64,000 nt of DNA, taken from sequence record OM456492.1. The stretch is one strand, 5' to 3'. The notes below the pieces were generated by a model. It was not told where the DNA came from, did not search any database, and saw nothing but the letters and a program-made list of their open reading frames with translations. The position numbers and the translations under genes were made by a program. Numbering within the stretch: the first letter of the stretch is position 1; every line of letters begins with the position of its first letter. Of this stretch, positions 45,956 through 56,466 are shown one piece after another.

Positions 45956-46198
45956 TCAGGCGAGTGCTCCCGATACGGCAACTTGATGTAGGGTATACAC
46001 AACGTGTAGCCCCGCGGTCGATAGTCCACCGATAAGCAATGCGCCAAAGCTACAGATAATCTGTCCGAGCCGCATTGTGCGTGTGCAGACATCGTGACTT
46101 TGTGCGTGTATGCGTATTACTTCGATGGTGTGGCGTAAGCCAAAGTACAGGCAAATCCACATTACCAGCACGATTGCATAGTAGAGTTGAGTCATCAC
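45956..46198 (-). CDS. Small two-TM membrane protein
   Basis: Two hydrophobic segments; overlaps the terminase stop. Confidence 0.6.
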   Translation of the reverse strand: MMTQLYYAIVLVMWICLYFGLRHTIEVIRIHAQSHDVCTRTMRLGQIICSFGALLIGGLSTAGLHVVYTLHQVAVSGALA

Positions 46199-48306
46199 TT
46201 CATCCTCTGTCGTTGGATTAGCTCTTTCAAGCTTTCCATCGATGCGACGTTACGAACGTCAGTGTTGAGTTGAGAGACGAGCGCTTGAATACGATTCTTG
46301 TACATGAGCTGTTGTACCGGGTCGGCCACAACTTGACTCTGTCTAATCATCGTTTCAATTTGCCCCATCAGTTGTTGTTGCTTTTCTTCTTCCTCGACTG
46401 CAGCCTCTTCATCGAATTCACCTGCCATGCCCCCGAGCATATTGCGGTTGCGCATCATCAGTCGGCTGTTACTTATACCGTAGTGGCCTAAGTTGTTGCC
46501 GAACAGAAGTAACCACATTGCCAGAAGCCAGGATATTACCAGGTCATCGTGACCGGATGCACGGTGGTCTATGCGCCCGTTTCGTTCGACGAGACCGAGG
46601 ATTTGATCGATCAATTCGCCTGACCGCAGTAAGTCCGCAGAAAGACGCAACGCCGTGGTAAATACTTCACCATACAACTTACGGCGTTTATCCTGGTCGG
46701 TTGAGAAACCGATGTATTTACGGAATTTGTCCCAGAAGCGCTCTGGACTGCCCACAGGGCCACGATGGAACTCTTTGTAAAGTTCATCGTTCCTTGAGTA
46801 ATCCTGGGTCACTTTCACGTACAAACGACGATGCAAATCGCGAACCTTAGATTGCAGCTGCAGTATGATGGCATCTGCTACCGAGGAGCCGGTAGACCGT
46901 CGTTCCAGAATGAGTACCGTGTTCGGATATTCGATCATGAAGTCTGCTAAGTGAATCGCAAACCCGATGACGTTTGTTTCGTTCACGGTGAGCTTGCCGG
47001 CATATTCGGCAGTGACAGAGTTGACGATTGACATGGCAATGGCGTCACGTCCAACAGCTTCGGAAGTATCCAAACCGATGATGTGGCGGTCTTGCATTTT
47101 AACCAGCATCTGTTCTTCAGTGTAATACCAATCCGTTACGTAATTGGAGGCAGAGATAATTTTCTGCGCCGCACGAACACGCGAGGCGTTCATACGTCTT
47201 GCATCATCGCCTGAGAACGGTTTGTTGTAACCACCGGTTGTCCATTCACCACCGAAGTCGCGGCGGATTTGGTCTGGTGTACCTGGGGCGTTCGCAATCA
47301 TATCTGCGAGTTCTTCGTCCGTAGTACCGAGCTGGCGGTGGTTATATTTCACGTAGAACATGATACGTGGAATCTTCGCAGTAGAGCCTTTGCGAATCAT
47401 GTCAATCAGTTGTGCACGAGTCGGAATGTCGATATACCGTTCATCCCACGAAATCCCCGACGTCATCAGGCTGTACATGTACTCGCCTTCTTCTGTCGCC
47501 AAATCCCCAGGCGTTGTTGCGAAGACGTTGCCGTATGGAACACCTTCGGCTTCGTTAATACGACGCGCCGCAGTACCCGATGCTAGTGCAGCAGGGAGGA
47601 TATGGTGGATGTTGTTGGTGAACGGTCCTTCGTCCGAGAACAGACGGCCGGCTGTGAGTCCACGGCCTACCCCGTTCGCAGCTTCCTTATCGTTCTGGCC
47701 GATGCCGGTGATAAGTTTGTTACCCTGCGCCAGACAAGCAAATGTCTCACGGTTATCAGGATCGTCCGGATGATGAGGCCAGAGGTAATCCGGTAACGCG
47801 TTACGCAGTTGCTTCATCTTGTTGATAGTTTCTTCACGCAGGGCAGGACCCTTCGTGATAAGAATCGTACGTGAGTTCTCCAGGAAGCGCATCAGCCACA
47901 ATAGCAGTGCGGACATCCCGACAGTTTTACCATGCTGACGGAGAAACTCGATAGCGGCGTCGATGTTGTTGAAGAAAATCCAATACATCGAAAAGTTACC
48001 GCGGTCTAGACGAAACGGCATCCCGTTTTTTACACCATCCGCAGGGACACGGACACATTCACGGAAGAAGTACCATGGGTTTTCCGCGCACTCCGTAACA
48101 ATCATCGCTTTTTGTTCGAGCGTTAAATCCGGACTGAATGGATCAACACCACGTAGCTCAGGATTGTGTAACGCCAGGTGAACGTACCAGTGCTGAACAC
48201 CTAATCCCTGTAGTGTTGTGGCGAATTGAAGGAAGTGCACGTTTGGCGTGACATCGTCAACAATCGCCCCCGGATAGTGTCGCCAATCGTTTTTTCGCAG
48301 TATCAT
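46195..48306 (-). CDS. Terminase large subunit
   Basis: Walker A FLRQHGKT, Walker B FSDEG, coupling motif ATTP, nuclease IGLDTS..GRD and GHDDLVISW. Confidence 0.92.
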   Translation of the reverse strand: MILRKNDWRHYPGAIVDDVTPNVHFLQFATTLQGLGVQHWYVHLALHNPELRGVDPFSPDLTLEQKAMIVTECAENPWYFFRECVRVPADGVKNGMPFRLDRGNFSMYWIFFNNIDAAIEFLRQHGKTVGMSALLLWLMRFLENSRTILITKGPALREETINKMKQLRNALPDYLWPHHPDDPDNRETFACLAQGNKLITGIGQNDKEAANGVGRGLTAGRLFSDEGPFTNNIHHILPAALASGTAARRINEAEGVPYGNVFATTPGDLATEEGEYMYSLMTSGISWDERYIDIPTRAQLIDMIRKGSTAKIPRIMFYVKYNHRQLGTTDEELADMIANAPGTPDQIRRDFGGEWTTGGYNKPFSGDDARRMNASRVRAAQKIISASNYVTDWYYTEEQMLVKMQDRHIIGLDTSEAVGRDAIAMSIVNSVTAEYAGKLTVNETNVIGFAIHLADFMIEYPNTVLILERRSTGSSVADAIILQLQSKVRDLHRRLYVKVTQDYSRNDELYKEFHRGPVGSPERFWDKFRKYIGFSTDQDKRRKLYGEVFTTALRLSADLLRSGELIDQILGLVERNGRIDHRASGHDDLVISWLLAMWLLLFGNNLGHYGISNSRLMMRNRNMLGGMAGEFDEEAAVEEEEKQQQLMGQIETMIRQSQVVADPVQQLMYKNRIQALVSQLNTDVRNVASMESLKELIQRQRMK

Positions 48307-48350
48307 ACAATCTCCATACCTCCACCCCCGAAGGGGTGGAGGAAGGTTTG

Positions 48351-49994
48351 TTACTCGATGTGGTGCGCCAGCATTGGCGTAGCCGCGAGGTTAAGCGTAT
48401 CCGTAGGAGTGCGACGAATCCAGCGAATAACTAACGAATCGTCCAGAGCGATACGATAATCTACCGTTTGCTCATTTAACCACTCATCGATGCTGTAGGT
48501 GTAAACCTTACCACCGACATGCACCTCAAAGTGCGTAGGCTCGGGAGCCTCAGATTCATTACGACGATCGTAGAGCGGATAAATCGGCTCGTACAACGCT
48601 TTAAGCCACTCGGCTTTAGAGGCACAACCACAACGAAGGTTCAGCGTGGAGTAGTTGACATTAGAGTATTTGAACTCCGCCCAAATTTCATTACCATAGG
48701 CCAGCCCATCAGGCAGGTACTCGATAAGGAAGTTGGTGTTCAACTCGTTACCTGGGTTAACCAGTGTGATAGCGAAAGACTGCGCCTGGATGAATGCGCG
48801 GAATTGTGGATTCACTTTACTGATATCCACCTGCACGTTCAGACGCTGCTTCACACCCATCAACAGTGGGTCGAAAGTAGTCCCTGTGGTGTACTGGATG
48901 TTTGCGGTCGCGTCGTAGACTTGGCCGCGTGTCAGGTTGTACAGAAGGAACGACAGACGATAACCACGGTTCGCATCCAACCAACGTGGAACCACAAACA
49001 GTTTCATGGAATACGCACCATCGACTGTTTCGGTTACAGCGGTATAGTCTTTGACAATTGTATCTTTAACAATGTCGGTACCACCGTAGGTTTCACCACG
49101 GGCCAACTGATAGCTTAACTGGCAAGGTAACTCATTACCGGCGTTTGACGCAATGTAGAATGTGTCGTGAGCACCAGAGTTACGCAGACCGTTAAACTTC
49201 ACACGCGAACCATCGATAGGCAAACGCTTGGTTCCGTCGCTATACTGGATATCACACCACAGCGGAATAGATTCCAGCGGGATGTTAATCGGCAGTGTCA
49301 GCGTAGTACCATTATCGTCCACTAAGAACGGTGAAACCAGTTTAATACCCAGCACAGTACGAGACGGAGTCTCTTGCGCCATCACCAGGTTGGTCTTGAT
49401 GATGTGTCCGTGGGCGATCTGAACAACGTTACCGACGTCGGAGTAGACCAGGAAAGTACACTCTTCGCCGTTACTGACTTCGGCCAGACAGCTCCCAGGA
49501 ATCGCTTGTTTCACCACCGTTTCTGCGTCAGCCGCGCTGATAGTCTGTACCGGCAGATAGTTCTTTTTCAGAACCCCATCTTTGTAATAACCAGACAGGA
49601 TTTCAGCATTATCGTTTACAGATGAGCCACGCAGGATACGTACGCCATCGATATCAGGACCGTTAAAAGTAACGGCATCGTCGATAACCATCGTCGGTGG
49701 AAGTTTGGTGCTGTCCACGTAGACGCGATATTTGTCGGAACGTAATGGGTAGTGACCATTAAGACGCCCGTCTTGGTTAGCCACGCCGACGCCACCGAAC
49801 GGTTCTGTTTCCCACGACGGTACCGAATAGTTTACGCTAACCACACGGTCAAAGCCGGAGGTCATGTCGTTCACGATAAGGTCGCGTGGGTTAGGTACGT
49901 AGCCTGTTGGTTTATTTGGTTCGTACAATTCACTCGGGTCCCAGACTTCGAACCCGCGATCCTTGTCGATTAATTTGGACGCAATCTTCGCCAT
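48351..49994 (-). CDS. Virion structural protein (phiKZ gp26-like, tail/baseplate region)
   Basis: 547-aa beta-rich ORF; terminase-sheath synteny. Confidence 0.7.
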   Translation of the reverse strand: MAKIASKLIDKDRGFEVWDPSELYEPNKPTGYVPNPRDLIVNDMTSGFDRVVSVNYSVPSWETEPFGGVGVANQDGRLNGHYPLRSDKYRVYVDSTKLPPTMVIDDAVTFNGPDIDGVRILRGSSVNDNAEILSGYYKDGVLKKNYLPVQTISAADAETVVKQAIPGSCLAEVSNGEECTFLVYSDVGNVVQIAHGHIIKTNLVMAQETPSRTVLGIKLVSPFLVDDNGTTLTLPINIPLESIPLWCDIQYSDGTKRLPIDGSRVKFNGLRNSGAHDTFYIASNAGNELPCQLSYQLARGETYGGTDIVKDTIVKDYTAVTETVDGAYSMKLFVVPRWLDANRGYRLSFLLYNLTRGQVYDATANIQYTTGTTFDPLLMGVKQRLNVQVDISKVNPQFRAFIQAQSFAITLVNPGNELNTNFLIEYLPDGLAYGNEIWAEFKYSNVNYSTLNLRCGCASKAEWLKALYEPIYPLYDRRNESEAPEPTHFEVHVGGKVYTYSIDEWLNEQTVDYRIALDDSLVIRWIRRTPTDTLNLAATPMLAHHIE

Positions 49995-49996
49995 GA

Positions 49997-52510
49997 TTAA
50001 CCCTTGATTATCAGATACTGATTAAGCTGCACTTCGCCATTCAGATAACGTTCATTGACGCGGTCTAAGAAGGCAAAGCCAAGTTCGTTGATTTCTACCG
50101 TTTCGTATTTCACATGCGGATGCAGTTTTACAAACGCTTTATCGTAACCGATGTAGGCCGGGTCAAACGGGAGGAGGTCTTTATAACGCTCCATGATATC
50201 ATCCAGCTGTGACGTCGAAATACGATACTCCGGATCGTCTTCCCGTAGAATCAGAATACCTTGTAAGTAGTCCCACAAGATTTTGTTCAGGGTTGGCGAA
50301 TAGAGATGATACAGATACGGCAACGGTACCGGGTTAACCGGCGGTGGTGTTGGGAACCAGTTAGACAAATAAGCCTCAACGCGGGTGTCCAAATCACGGG
50401 CAGTGTCGCGCAAGTCGTACGTATCGCCGCTTACCAACGTCCGCAACGGAATAGTCGGATCGTCGACCGAGTATGGGAACCCGTCTTGTACGATGTCGAC
50501 ACCTACAGTGTTGTCTTCACGGAACACGACTTCGTCACGCAGCAGCAGTGAACCACCACCCACAACGCGAATTACTTTGTCATCACGACAATCAAATTGG
50601 TTGTTGTTAGACAGCAGACCGCTTGACACGAAACCGTGTTTAGGAATACGGAGTTCACCGGTCACCCCACGGCAACGCACTGAGATTTTGTTTGTATCTC
50701 CGTCTGCCATCCATGCCTTACAGACCACCACAATTTCCGGCCAGCGGGTGTGGTAATCGATACCATGTACCAGCGGGTGATTGTTCAGCCACACTTCAAC
50801 CGTTTCCATTGGTAGCCACAGTGTGCGCTGTTGCCCGTCTTGGTTGCGTGCCACAATCGGAATACGTATCTGCCCTTCCGACACTTTAACTTCCACTTCG
50901 AAGAACAAATGGAAGTCATCGTAAATCACAGTCGGGTGACGTCGCGTCCGATCCACAGTCCATGTAATTTTGTTCCCGTCACGGGTATAATCCGTTCCTT
51001 CCTCTGCTTTGTAGTAGTCATTGGTCGGAACTTCCCCGATGACCATTCGAATCCACAGCCCAACGTTTGAACCTGGCTCAATTTCAAAGTCAGGAGCGTT
51101 GTCAACAATCTTCACCGCGTCTGAGACTTCGCCTGCGATAGCCTCGATGATGCGTGCTTCTGGATTGCGTGGGATGTAAACATCGTAGCCAGCGTTACGG
51201 TGATGCTCTAACAGCAACCCATCGGCATCGTACTCGTATACAGTTGACAGCGTTGCCAGTAAGTCGGGCAGAGTACCGCGATAACCGCCGGATGTAAGTT
51301 CCAGACGCTGTGGAGTGTCAGCACTATAACGCGCTGCGGCATTGTAACCGTAGGCATCCGTACAGAGGTCACGGGTGATGTTCCGAAGTTTAGCTGCGGC
51401 TAACCGATTTGCTGCCGATTCTTCGAGCGCGGCTGCGGTCCACTCCGGTACGTTGGAGTTTGCCCCCACCATCGCACCGATGATTTGCTCGTCGTTAAGA
51501 CGATACAGGTCATGGGTGTGGGTGGAGTTATACAGCGGCTTCAGGTCAAGGAAATCGTCGCGTATCAATAAACGAATCGTCAAATCGTCAATATCGTTCA
51601 TTGGGTTAGTAAAGGTCGTGCGGTATTTCGAAATCCTCATCGAAGGAATCGATAGATCGTTCCACGTTAACTGACGAACATCCTGATGACGATGACGATG
51701 GTAATAACGCCCTTCACCTTTCCACAGCAACTGAATTTCACAGTCGTTGTTGAAAATCCAAATGCCGTCACCTTTCGGAATATGCAGCAGGTATTTTCGC
51801 GTTTGGTCAAGCGTTGAGTAGAACGTTTGCAAATCCCCACAACGGTATTCAATCACACGACGAATGCGGCCGTCAACACGGATTTCAACATCGTCCCACG
51901 CTTTGATATCCGCAGGCTTAGGATCGGCGATCAGCTTCCCGTTTACCCAGAAATCGACATAGCCGTTTTTCTGGCTTTTCAACAGATTATAACGGTCTAA
52001 GACGATTTGAATCTGTTGTGGGTTCGGCGGATTATACGGTTCGATAAATGTCGGTTTAACAACAGGAGCGTTTTCGCCGCCGTCATTACCCGCATAAATG
52101 CGTAGGTAACATGGCGCGTCGTCTAACCATTTGTAACGTTCTGACTGTGGAATTGCCATGTAAATTTGGCCAGAGAGTGTCCGCCAGAAATACACAGAAT
52201 TCGACGGGATAATTGTCCCATCCTCGTTATACACCTGCATCCACGCATGGAAGTTATTTACACACGTAGTAAGTTTCTTCCAGCGCTCAGGAGGGATGCT
52301 CAAGTTGCCGTAGTTGAGGTGGAGCTTGTCAATTACAAACGCGTGCCACCACCCCTCGCCCGGTAAAGGAATCGGATTACGCCCGTGCTTGAAAAACCCG
52401 ATCGCTCCGGTCTTTTCAGTTAATCGAAAAGGCGCAATGTTCAACACCCCATCGAGGTACGGACGCTGCCACGCATTTTTAACGGCGTGAGCGACCAGCC
52501 AGTTCTCCAT
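49997..52510 (-). CDS. Virion structural protein (phiKZ gp27-like)
   Basis: 837-aa ORF; synteny. Confidence 0.7.
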   Translation of the reverse strand: MENWLVAHAVKNAWQRPYLDGVLNIAPFRLTEKTGAIGFFKHGRNPIPLPGEGWWHAFVIDKLHLNYGNLSIPPERWKKLTTCVNNFHAWMQVYNEDGTIIPSNSVYFWRTLSGQIYMAIPQSERYKWLDDAPCYLRIYAGNDGGENAPVVKPTFIEPYNPPNPQQIQIVLDRYNLLKSQKNGYVDFWVNGKLIADPKPADIKAWDDVEIRVDGRIRRVIEYRCGDLQTFYSTLDQTRKYLLHIPKGDGIWIFNNDCEIQLLWKGEGRYYHRHRHQDVRQLTWNDLSIPSMRISKYRTTFTNPMNDIDDLTIRLLIRDDFLDLKPLYNSTHTHDLYRLNDEQIIGAMVGANSNVPEWTAAALEESAANRLAAAKLRNITRDLCTDAYGYNAAARYSADTPQRLELTSGGYRGTLPDLLATLSTVYEYDADGLLLEHHRNAGYDVYIPRNPEARIIEAIAGEVSDAVKIVDNAPDFEIEPGSNVGLWIRMVIGEVPTNDYYKAEEGTDYTRDGNKITWTVDRTRRHPTVIYDDFHLFFEVEVKVSEGQIRIPIVARNQDGQQRTLWLPMETVEVWLNNHPLVHGIDYHTRWPEIVVVCKAWMADGDTNKISVRCRGVTGELRIPKHGFVSSGLLSNNNQFDCRDDKVIRVVGGGSLLLRDEVVFREDNTVGVDIVQDGFPYSVDDPTIPLRTLVSGDTYDLRDTARDLDTRVEAYLSNWFPTPPPVNPVPLPYLYHLYSPTLNKILWDYLQGILILREDDPEYRISTSQLDDIMERYKDLLPFDPAYIGYDKAFVKLHPHVKYETVEINELGFAFLDRVNERYLNGEVQLNQYLIIKG

Positions 52511-52520
52511 AGTGGGCCTC

Positions 52521-53426
52521 TTACTTGATGTTCAGTGGTTTGGTGTTTTGATTCATCAGAAGGTTGTAGGTGAATTCAAACTTATCGCGTTTCTTAGCGG
52601 TGTCTGACTTCCTCACAATCCCACCTAACCGACTGCGGTTAAACATGTTATTATCCAGACAAGCCTTAATCATAACGAAGAGGCTAGGCGGATATTCGAT
52701 GGCGCTAGTAGCGAGTTGTTTTTCATAACTCACCCCGAAGAAGCTGGTATTCAACATCTGCTGTAAAGACAGAATGCTCAGGTCACGCACCCGCGGAGTG
52801 ATATCTGCAGCCTGCACCATTTCGACGAATTCTGCGATATTACGCGGGAAAAGATATTCTGTGTGGCCTGTCACCGATTCAAACAGTTCCGCAGGTAAGC
52901 CTAATTGTTGCTCCAGCATCTGCTGCAAACGTAACGCTTTCACGTCATCTTCGACGTGGTTATAGAACTGCCCCACTGAGAACAATGCAGCCAACGCTTT
53001 GATTTGCCCACTTTGATATGGAGCAAGTGCAAACGTGTGGGTAATCGCATCCGACACCCATTTGCTGAAAATCTCATGGTGGTAGGGCATCTGTGCCATC
53101 AGTGCAGCAAGCTTACCATTACACCGTTTCCACACCAATTCCCAGCGAGCCTGGTCGAGACGCAATGCGTGTTCGACTGGGTTTCGTATTTTTAGCTCGT
53201 TGGTCTTATCCAGCGTGGTAAACGTGGCTGCGTATACATAAACGTCGTCGCCGATAACAATCGGCAAAGGAAACGGTTTTACATCAGCGGTCTCAACAAC
53301 GTAATGAACTTCATCGGACTGCGGGACAGTTTGGTTAAGTTTACGGGCTAATTCCAGGTCTGCCTTGGTGCGAGTAAGGTCGATTGCATTAAAGGGATTA
53401 CCGCTGTAAGCGTTTTCGAGTGCCAT
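52521..53426 (-). CDS. Virion protein (phiKZ gp28-like)
   Basis: AAGGA SD before ATG 53426, which avoids overlap with the sheath gene. Confidence 0.7.
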   Translation of the reverse strand: MALENAYSGNPFNAIDLTRTKADLELARKLNQTVPQSDEVHYVVETADVKPFPLPIVIGDDVYVYAATFTTLDKTNELKIRNPVEHALRLDQARWELVWKRCNGKLAALMAQMPYHHEIFSKWVSDAITHTFALAPYQSGQIKALAALFSVGQFYNHVEDDVKALRLQQMLEQQLGLPAELFESVTGHTEYLFPRNIAEFVEMVQAADITPRVRDLSILSLQQMLNTSFFGVSYEKQLATSAIEYPPSLFVMIKACLDNNMFNRSRLGGIVRKSDTAKKRDKFEFTYNLLMNQNTKPLNIK

Positions 53427-53483
53427 GAGTATGATCCTTAGTATGACCATCAGGTCTTTAAGACGAATATATGGAGACGTTCC

Positions 53484-55529
53484 ATGACTTTTATTCCACG
53501 AAACGGCGCGCCGTTGAATAACAAGCAAGGTTGGCAGGATAATTCTGTCCCCGAGCTTGTGCGCACCCCTACGGGTGACGCAATTCATAAGCCGCTGATC
53601 TTCACCTTTGCCGCGCGCGGGGTAGACAACGAGGCGTTCCCGTTAACCGGGGATAATGCACTGTCTCTGCTTGGTCGCAATGTCTTTGACTTGCGAGGCC
53701 CCTACGCGACGTTCAACACGCCCTATCAGGCGATGTTCAACGCTAACGCAAACGAGTGTATGTATCAGCGCTTGATCCCTGAAGATGCGAAGACCGCAAG
53801 TGTTCGCGTATTCGCCGACGTACTCGAAACGAAAGTTCCGTCCTACGAACGCGACGGCAACGGGATCGTTCAGTACGACAACTCGGGCAAGCCCAAGATC
53901 AAAGAACAAGTTGACGGTTTGGTAATCGTCTTCCGTTCTGTCGTAATCGACGAAACTACCCCGGCCATCGGCGCAGGTGTGGTTATCGAAGGGACGATGA
54001 CTGGCGAAGGCGGCACGAAATCGAAGCTGTATCCGTTGTTCGATATCGCAGGCCCGTATGCGGGTGCTGACGTCAACGGTTTCGGTTTCAAACTGATCCC
54101 ACTCAGCGAGAAATCCAGCCCGGCTCTGACCTCCTCCTATCAAAATGAAGTCGGTGGTCGTGTTTACAGCCTGCAATGGTTCGAAACCCTGGCAGGCGTG
54201 ACTTCTCCGGTAGTGTGGAAAACTCTTACTGGCATGAGTAGCATCAATTTTAGCTTTAAGCCCGATGCATACTATCAGCCGATGAGAACGCAACTCGACT
54301 TCGAAGTTGTTGTTGCGGATGCATATCGTCAGACGATGCCTGACGTTGGCGAGCTGCCAGATTATGGTCCTTTCGAGCAGTTCTATCTGTATCGCGAGAA
54401 CCTGGAAACTGTACTGGGATTGGCTCAGGCTGCTATCAAGACTGATGCGCCTGCTGACCCGTATATGGTTGACATCTTTGGCGGCTATGATTTACTGGGC
54501 CAGCCTTACGATGGTCTTCAGGTAAACCCGGCTACTGAAACCGGTAAAGTTGTGTTCTCCGCATCCAACATCCACTACCTGCAAGGCGGTAGCGATGGTA
54601 CCATGAACAACGATGTTTACGACGAACTCGTTCGCCGCGAAATGTTGCTGTTCCCGGATGGCGGTAAAGTCCGTTACGACAACGAGCTGAAATACTCGCT
54701 GGGTTGTTTCTGGGACTCTGGCTTTAGCTTCGATACTAAAGCTGCGCTCGTGAACTTCATCGGTCGTTCACGTAACACCTTCTTGACGCTGGCGACTCAC
54801 GTTTACAACCAAGGTCGTAACGATGAGCAGACAGAAGAAAGTGCAAAAATCGCCCTGATCGAATTGATCACTGCGGTACCGGAATCTGCCTATTACGGCA
54901 CTCCGGCTGCACGCGGTATGGTTACCGGCCAATCGGCATTCATCAAGAACTCTTCCTACAAGAAGCCTGTTCCGATGAACTATTCCCTGGCGAACTTCTT
55001 CTCGAAGTACCTGGGTGCTGCTGAAGGTCGTGCAAAACCGGCTTATCGTTTCAGCCGTGGCGAACTGACGATTATCGAAGATCTGACTGACCTGAGTATG
55101 CCGTGGAAAGGCAATGAAGTGTATGCGTCTGACTGGGACGTGTCGCTGATCACTGCCCGTTCCTACGACTACTATCGCTTGTTCATTCCGGCGATTCAGT
55201 CAATCTACAGCGAAGATCGTTCTGTACTGAACAACGCCCTGTTCAACTTCATGATGACCTACGTCTATCGTGTTTCCGACCGTGTATGGGCGGACATGTC
55301 TGGCGAAGCGGCCATGACGGATGATGAACGTGCGAAGATGATTGAGAACAAAATTATCGAACGTCTGGAAGGTCGTCTCGATAACGTTGCTGTCGTCACT
55401 CCGAAGGCGTACTTCACTGCAGACGATAAATCCAATGGTTACTCTGTGACGCTGGACCTGATCGCTGAAGGCGGTGTGCTGCTCACCCAGTTCAACACCA
55501 CTATCAAAGTTTACCGTCGGGAGAGCTAA
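53484..55529 (+). CDS. Contractile tail sheath protein (phiKZ gp29-like)
   Basis: 681 aa; LQGGSDG and FWDSGF motifs; GGAG SD with TATATG upstream; followed by the tube gene. Confidence 0.88.
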   Translation: MTFIPRNGAPLNNKQGWQDNSVPELVRTPTGDAIHKPLIFTFAARGVDNEAFPLTGDNALSLLGRNVFDLRGPYATFNTPYQAMFNANANECMYQRLIPEDAKTASVRVFADVLETKVPSYERDGNGIVQYDNSGKPKIKEQVDGLVIVFRSVVIDETTPAIGAGVVIEGTMTGEGGTKSKLYPLFDIAGPYAGADVNGFGFKLIPLSEKSSPALTSSYQNEVGGRVYSLQWFETLAGVTSPVVWKTLTGMSSINFSFKPDAYYQPMRTQLDFEVVVADAYRQTMPDVGELPDYGPFEQFYLYRENLETVLGLAQAAIKTDAPADPYMVDIFGGYDLLGQPYDGLQVNPATETGKVVFSASNIHYLQGGSDGTMNNDVYDELVRREMLLFPDGGKVRYDNELKYSLGCFWDSGFSFDTKAALVNFIGRSRNTFLTLATHVYNQGRNDEQTEESAKIALIELITAVPESAYYGTPAARGMVTGQSAFIKNSSYKKPVPMNYSLANFFSKYLGAAEGRAKPAYRFSRGELTIIEDLTDLSMPWKGNEVYASDWDVSLITARSYDYYRLFIPAIQSIYSEDRSVLNNALFNFMMTYVYRVSDRVWADMSGEAAMTDDERAKMIENKIIERLEGRLDNVAVVTPKAYFTADDKSNGYSVTLDLIAEGGVLLTQFNTTIKVYRRES

Positions 55530-55532
55530 TAG

Positions 55533-56408
55533 ATGGCAATCAAAGATCGTCTCATTTTGCCTGATCAGGGTCTGCACGTCGACGGCGGCCAGTACGATAT
55601 GGTCAACGCGTTCTCCTCGGGCCAAAACGGCCCGGTTGGACAGGTTGGCAAGTTCGTTACTAACGCCAGCCGTCTGCGTCGTAACGTCATTGCGCGCGTC
55701 ATGGAATTCCCTCGTTGGGTGGATTACATGCCGAACCCGCAGATGTGGCGTCAGGCTATCAAGTCCTTTATCGAGGTTCACTCCGAGATTACTGGCCTGG
55801 ATAAAACCCTGAGCCATGCGGCTGTTGAAACACAGCAGGGTCGTAACAACCGTACCCAGTATGAAGCTGGTCTGGTAACGGAAGCACTGTCCTCTGTTAC
55901 CTTCACCACCCCGGATAAACTCGGGAAGGTGTACCAGAATATGCTGTGGGCGTGGCTGGTTTACGGTGTTTGTGATCCCCAGACTGGTCACCCAGGCCTG
56001 GCCGCAATCAACCCGAACGTTCCTGACCACCTGCCGGATATGTACAGCATGACCGTGCTGTTCATCGAACCGGATGCATATCAGCGTAAACCGCAGAATG
56101 CGTGGTGGTTAACGAACATGATTCCGGAAACCGCTGGCCAGGATATCGGTGAGCGTGAAACCAACACCGGTCCGCAGATTAACGAACTGTCAATCGCCTT
56201 TACCTCCCAGCAATGGACAGGTTGGGGTCCGATGCAGGCCGCTGCGAAAGAGCTGGACCGTATGAAGTTGTACGGTCTGCGTCCTTACGAACGCAAACTG
56301 TGGCTTACTCCGTCTCAGCAGACCGACGGTATCAACCCGGACGTCAACGCAACCCCAGGTGGTTACAACTCTGTCTCCGACGAGCAGATGGCCAACCAGA
56401 TGCGCTAA
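55533..56408 (+). CDS. Tail tube protein (phiKZ gp30-like)
   Basis: 291 aa directly after the sheath; high-expression codon bias. Confidence 0.82.
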   Translation: MAIKDRLILPDQGLHVDGGQYDMVNAFSSGQNGPVGQVGKFVTNASRLRRNVIARVMEFPRWVDYMPNPQMWRQAIKSFIEVHSEITGLDKTLSHAAVETQQGRNNRTQYEAGLVTEALSSVTFTTPDKLGKVYQNMLWAWLVYGVCDPQTGHPGLAAINPNVPDHLPDMYSMTVLFIEPDAYQRKPQNAWWLTNMIPETAGQDIGERETNTGPQINELSIAFTSQQWTGWGPMQAAAKELDRMKLYGLRPYERKLWLTPSQQTDGINPDVNATPGGYNSVSDEQMANQMR

Positions 56409-56411
56409 GAC

Positions 56412-56466
56412 AAAAAAAAACAAGCGTTACCTCTCTCCATCTGGAGAGAGGTACGTTTTATTTTTT
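56412..56466. terminator. Bidirectional terminator
   Basis: TACCTCTCTCCA/TGGAGAGAGGTA stem with A and T tracts. Confidence 0.8.

Noticed and set aside
46195-48306. Intein in terminase, helicase or polymerase
   Set aside because: No C/S...HN splice motifs or LAGLIDADG blocks; lengths are ordinary.
53427-53588. Head-to-head overlap of the gp28-like and sheath ORFs
   Set aside because: Artefact of a longest-ORF start; the SD supports ATG 53426.
53643-56030. Minus-strand ORFs (216 and 276 aa) opposite sheath and tube
   Set aside because: Antisense shadow ORFs.
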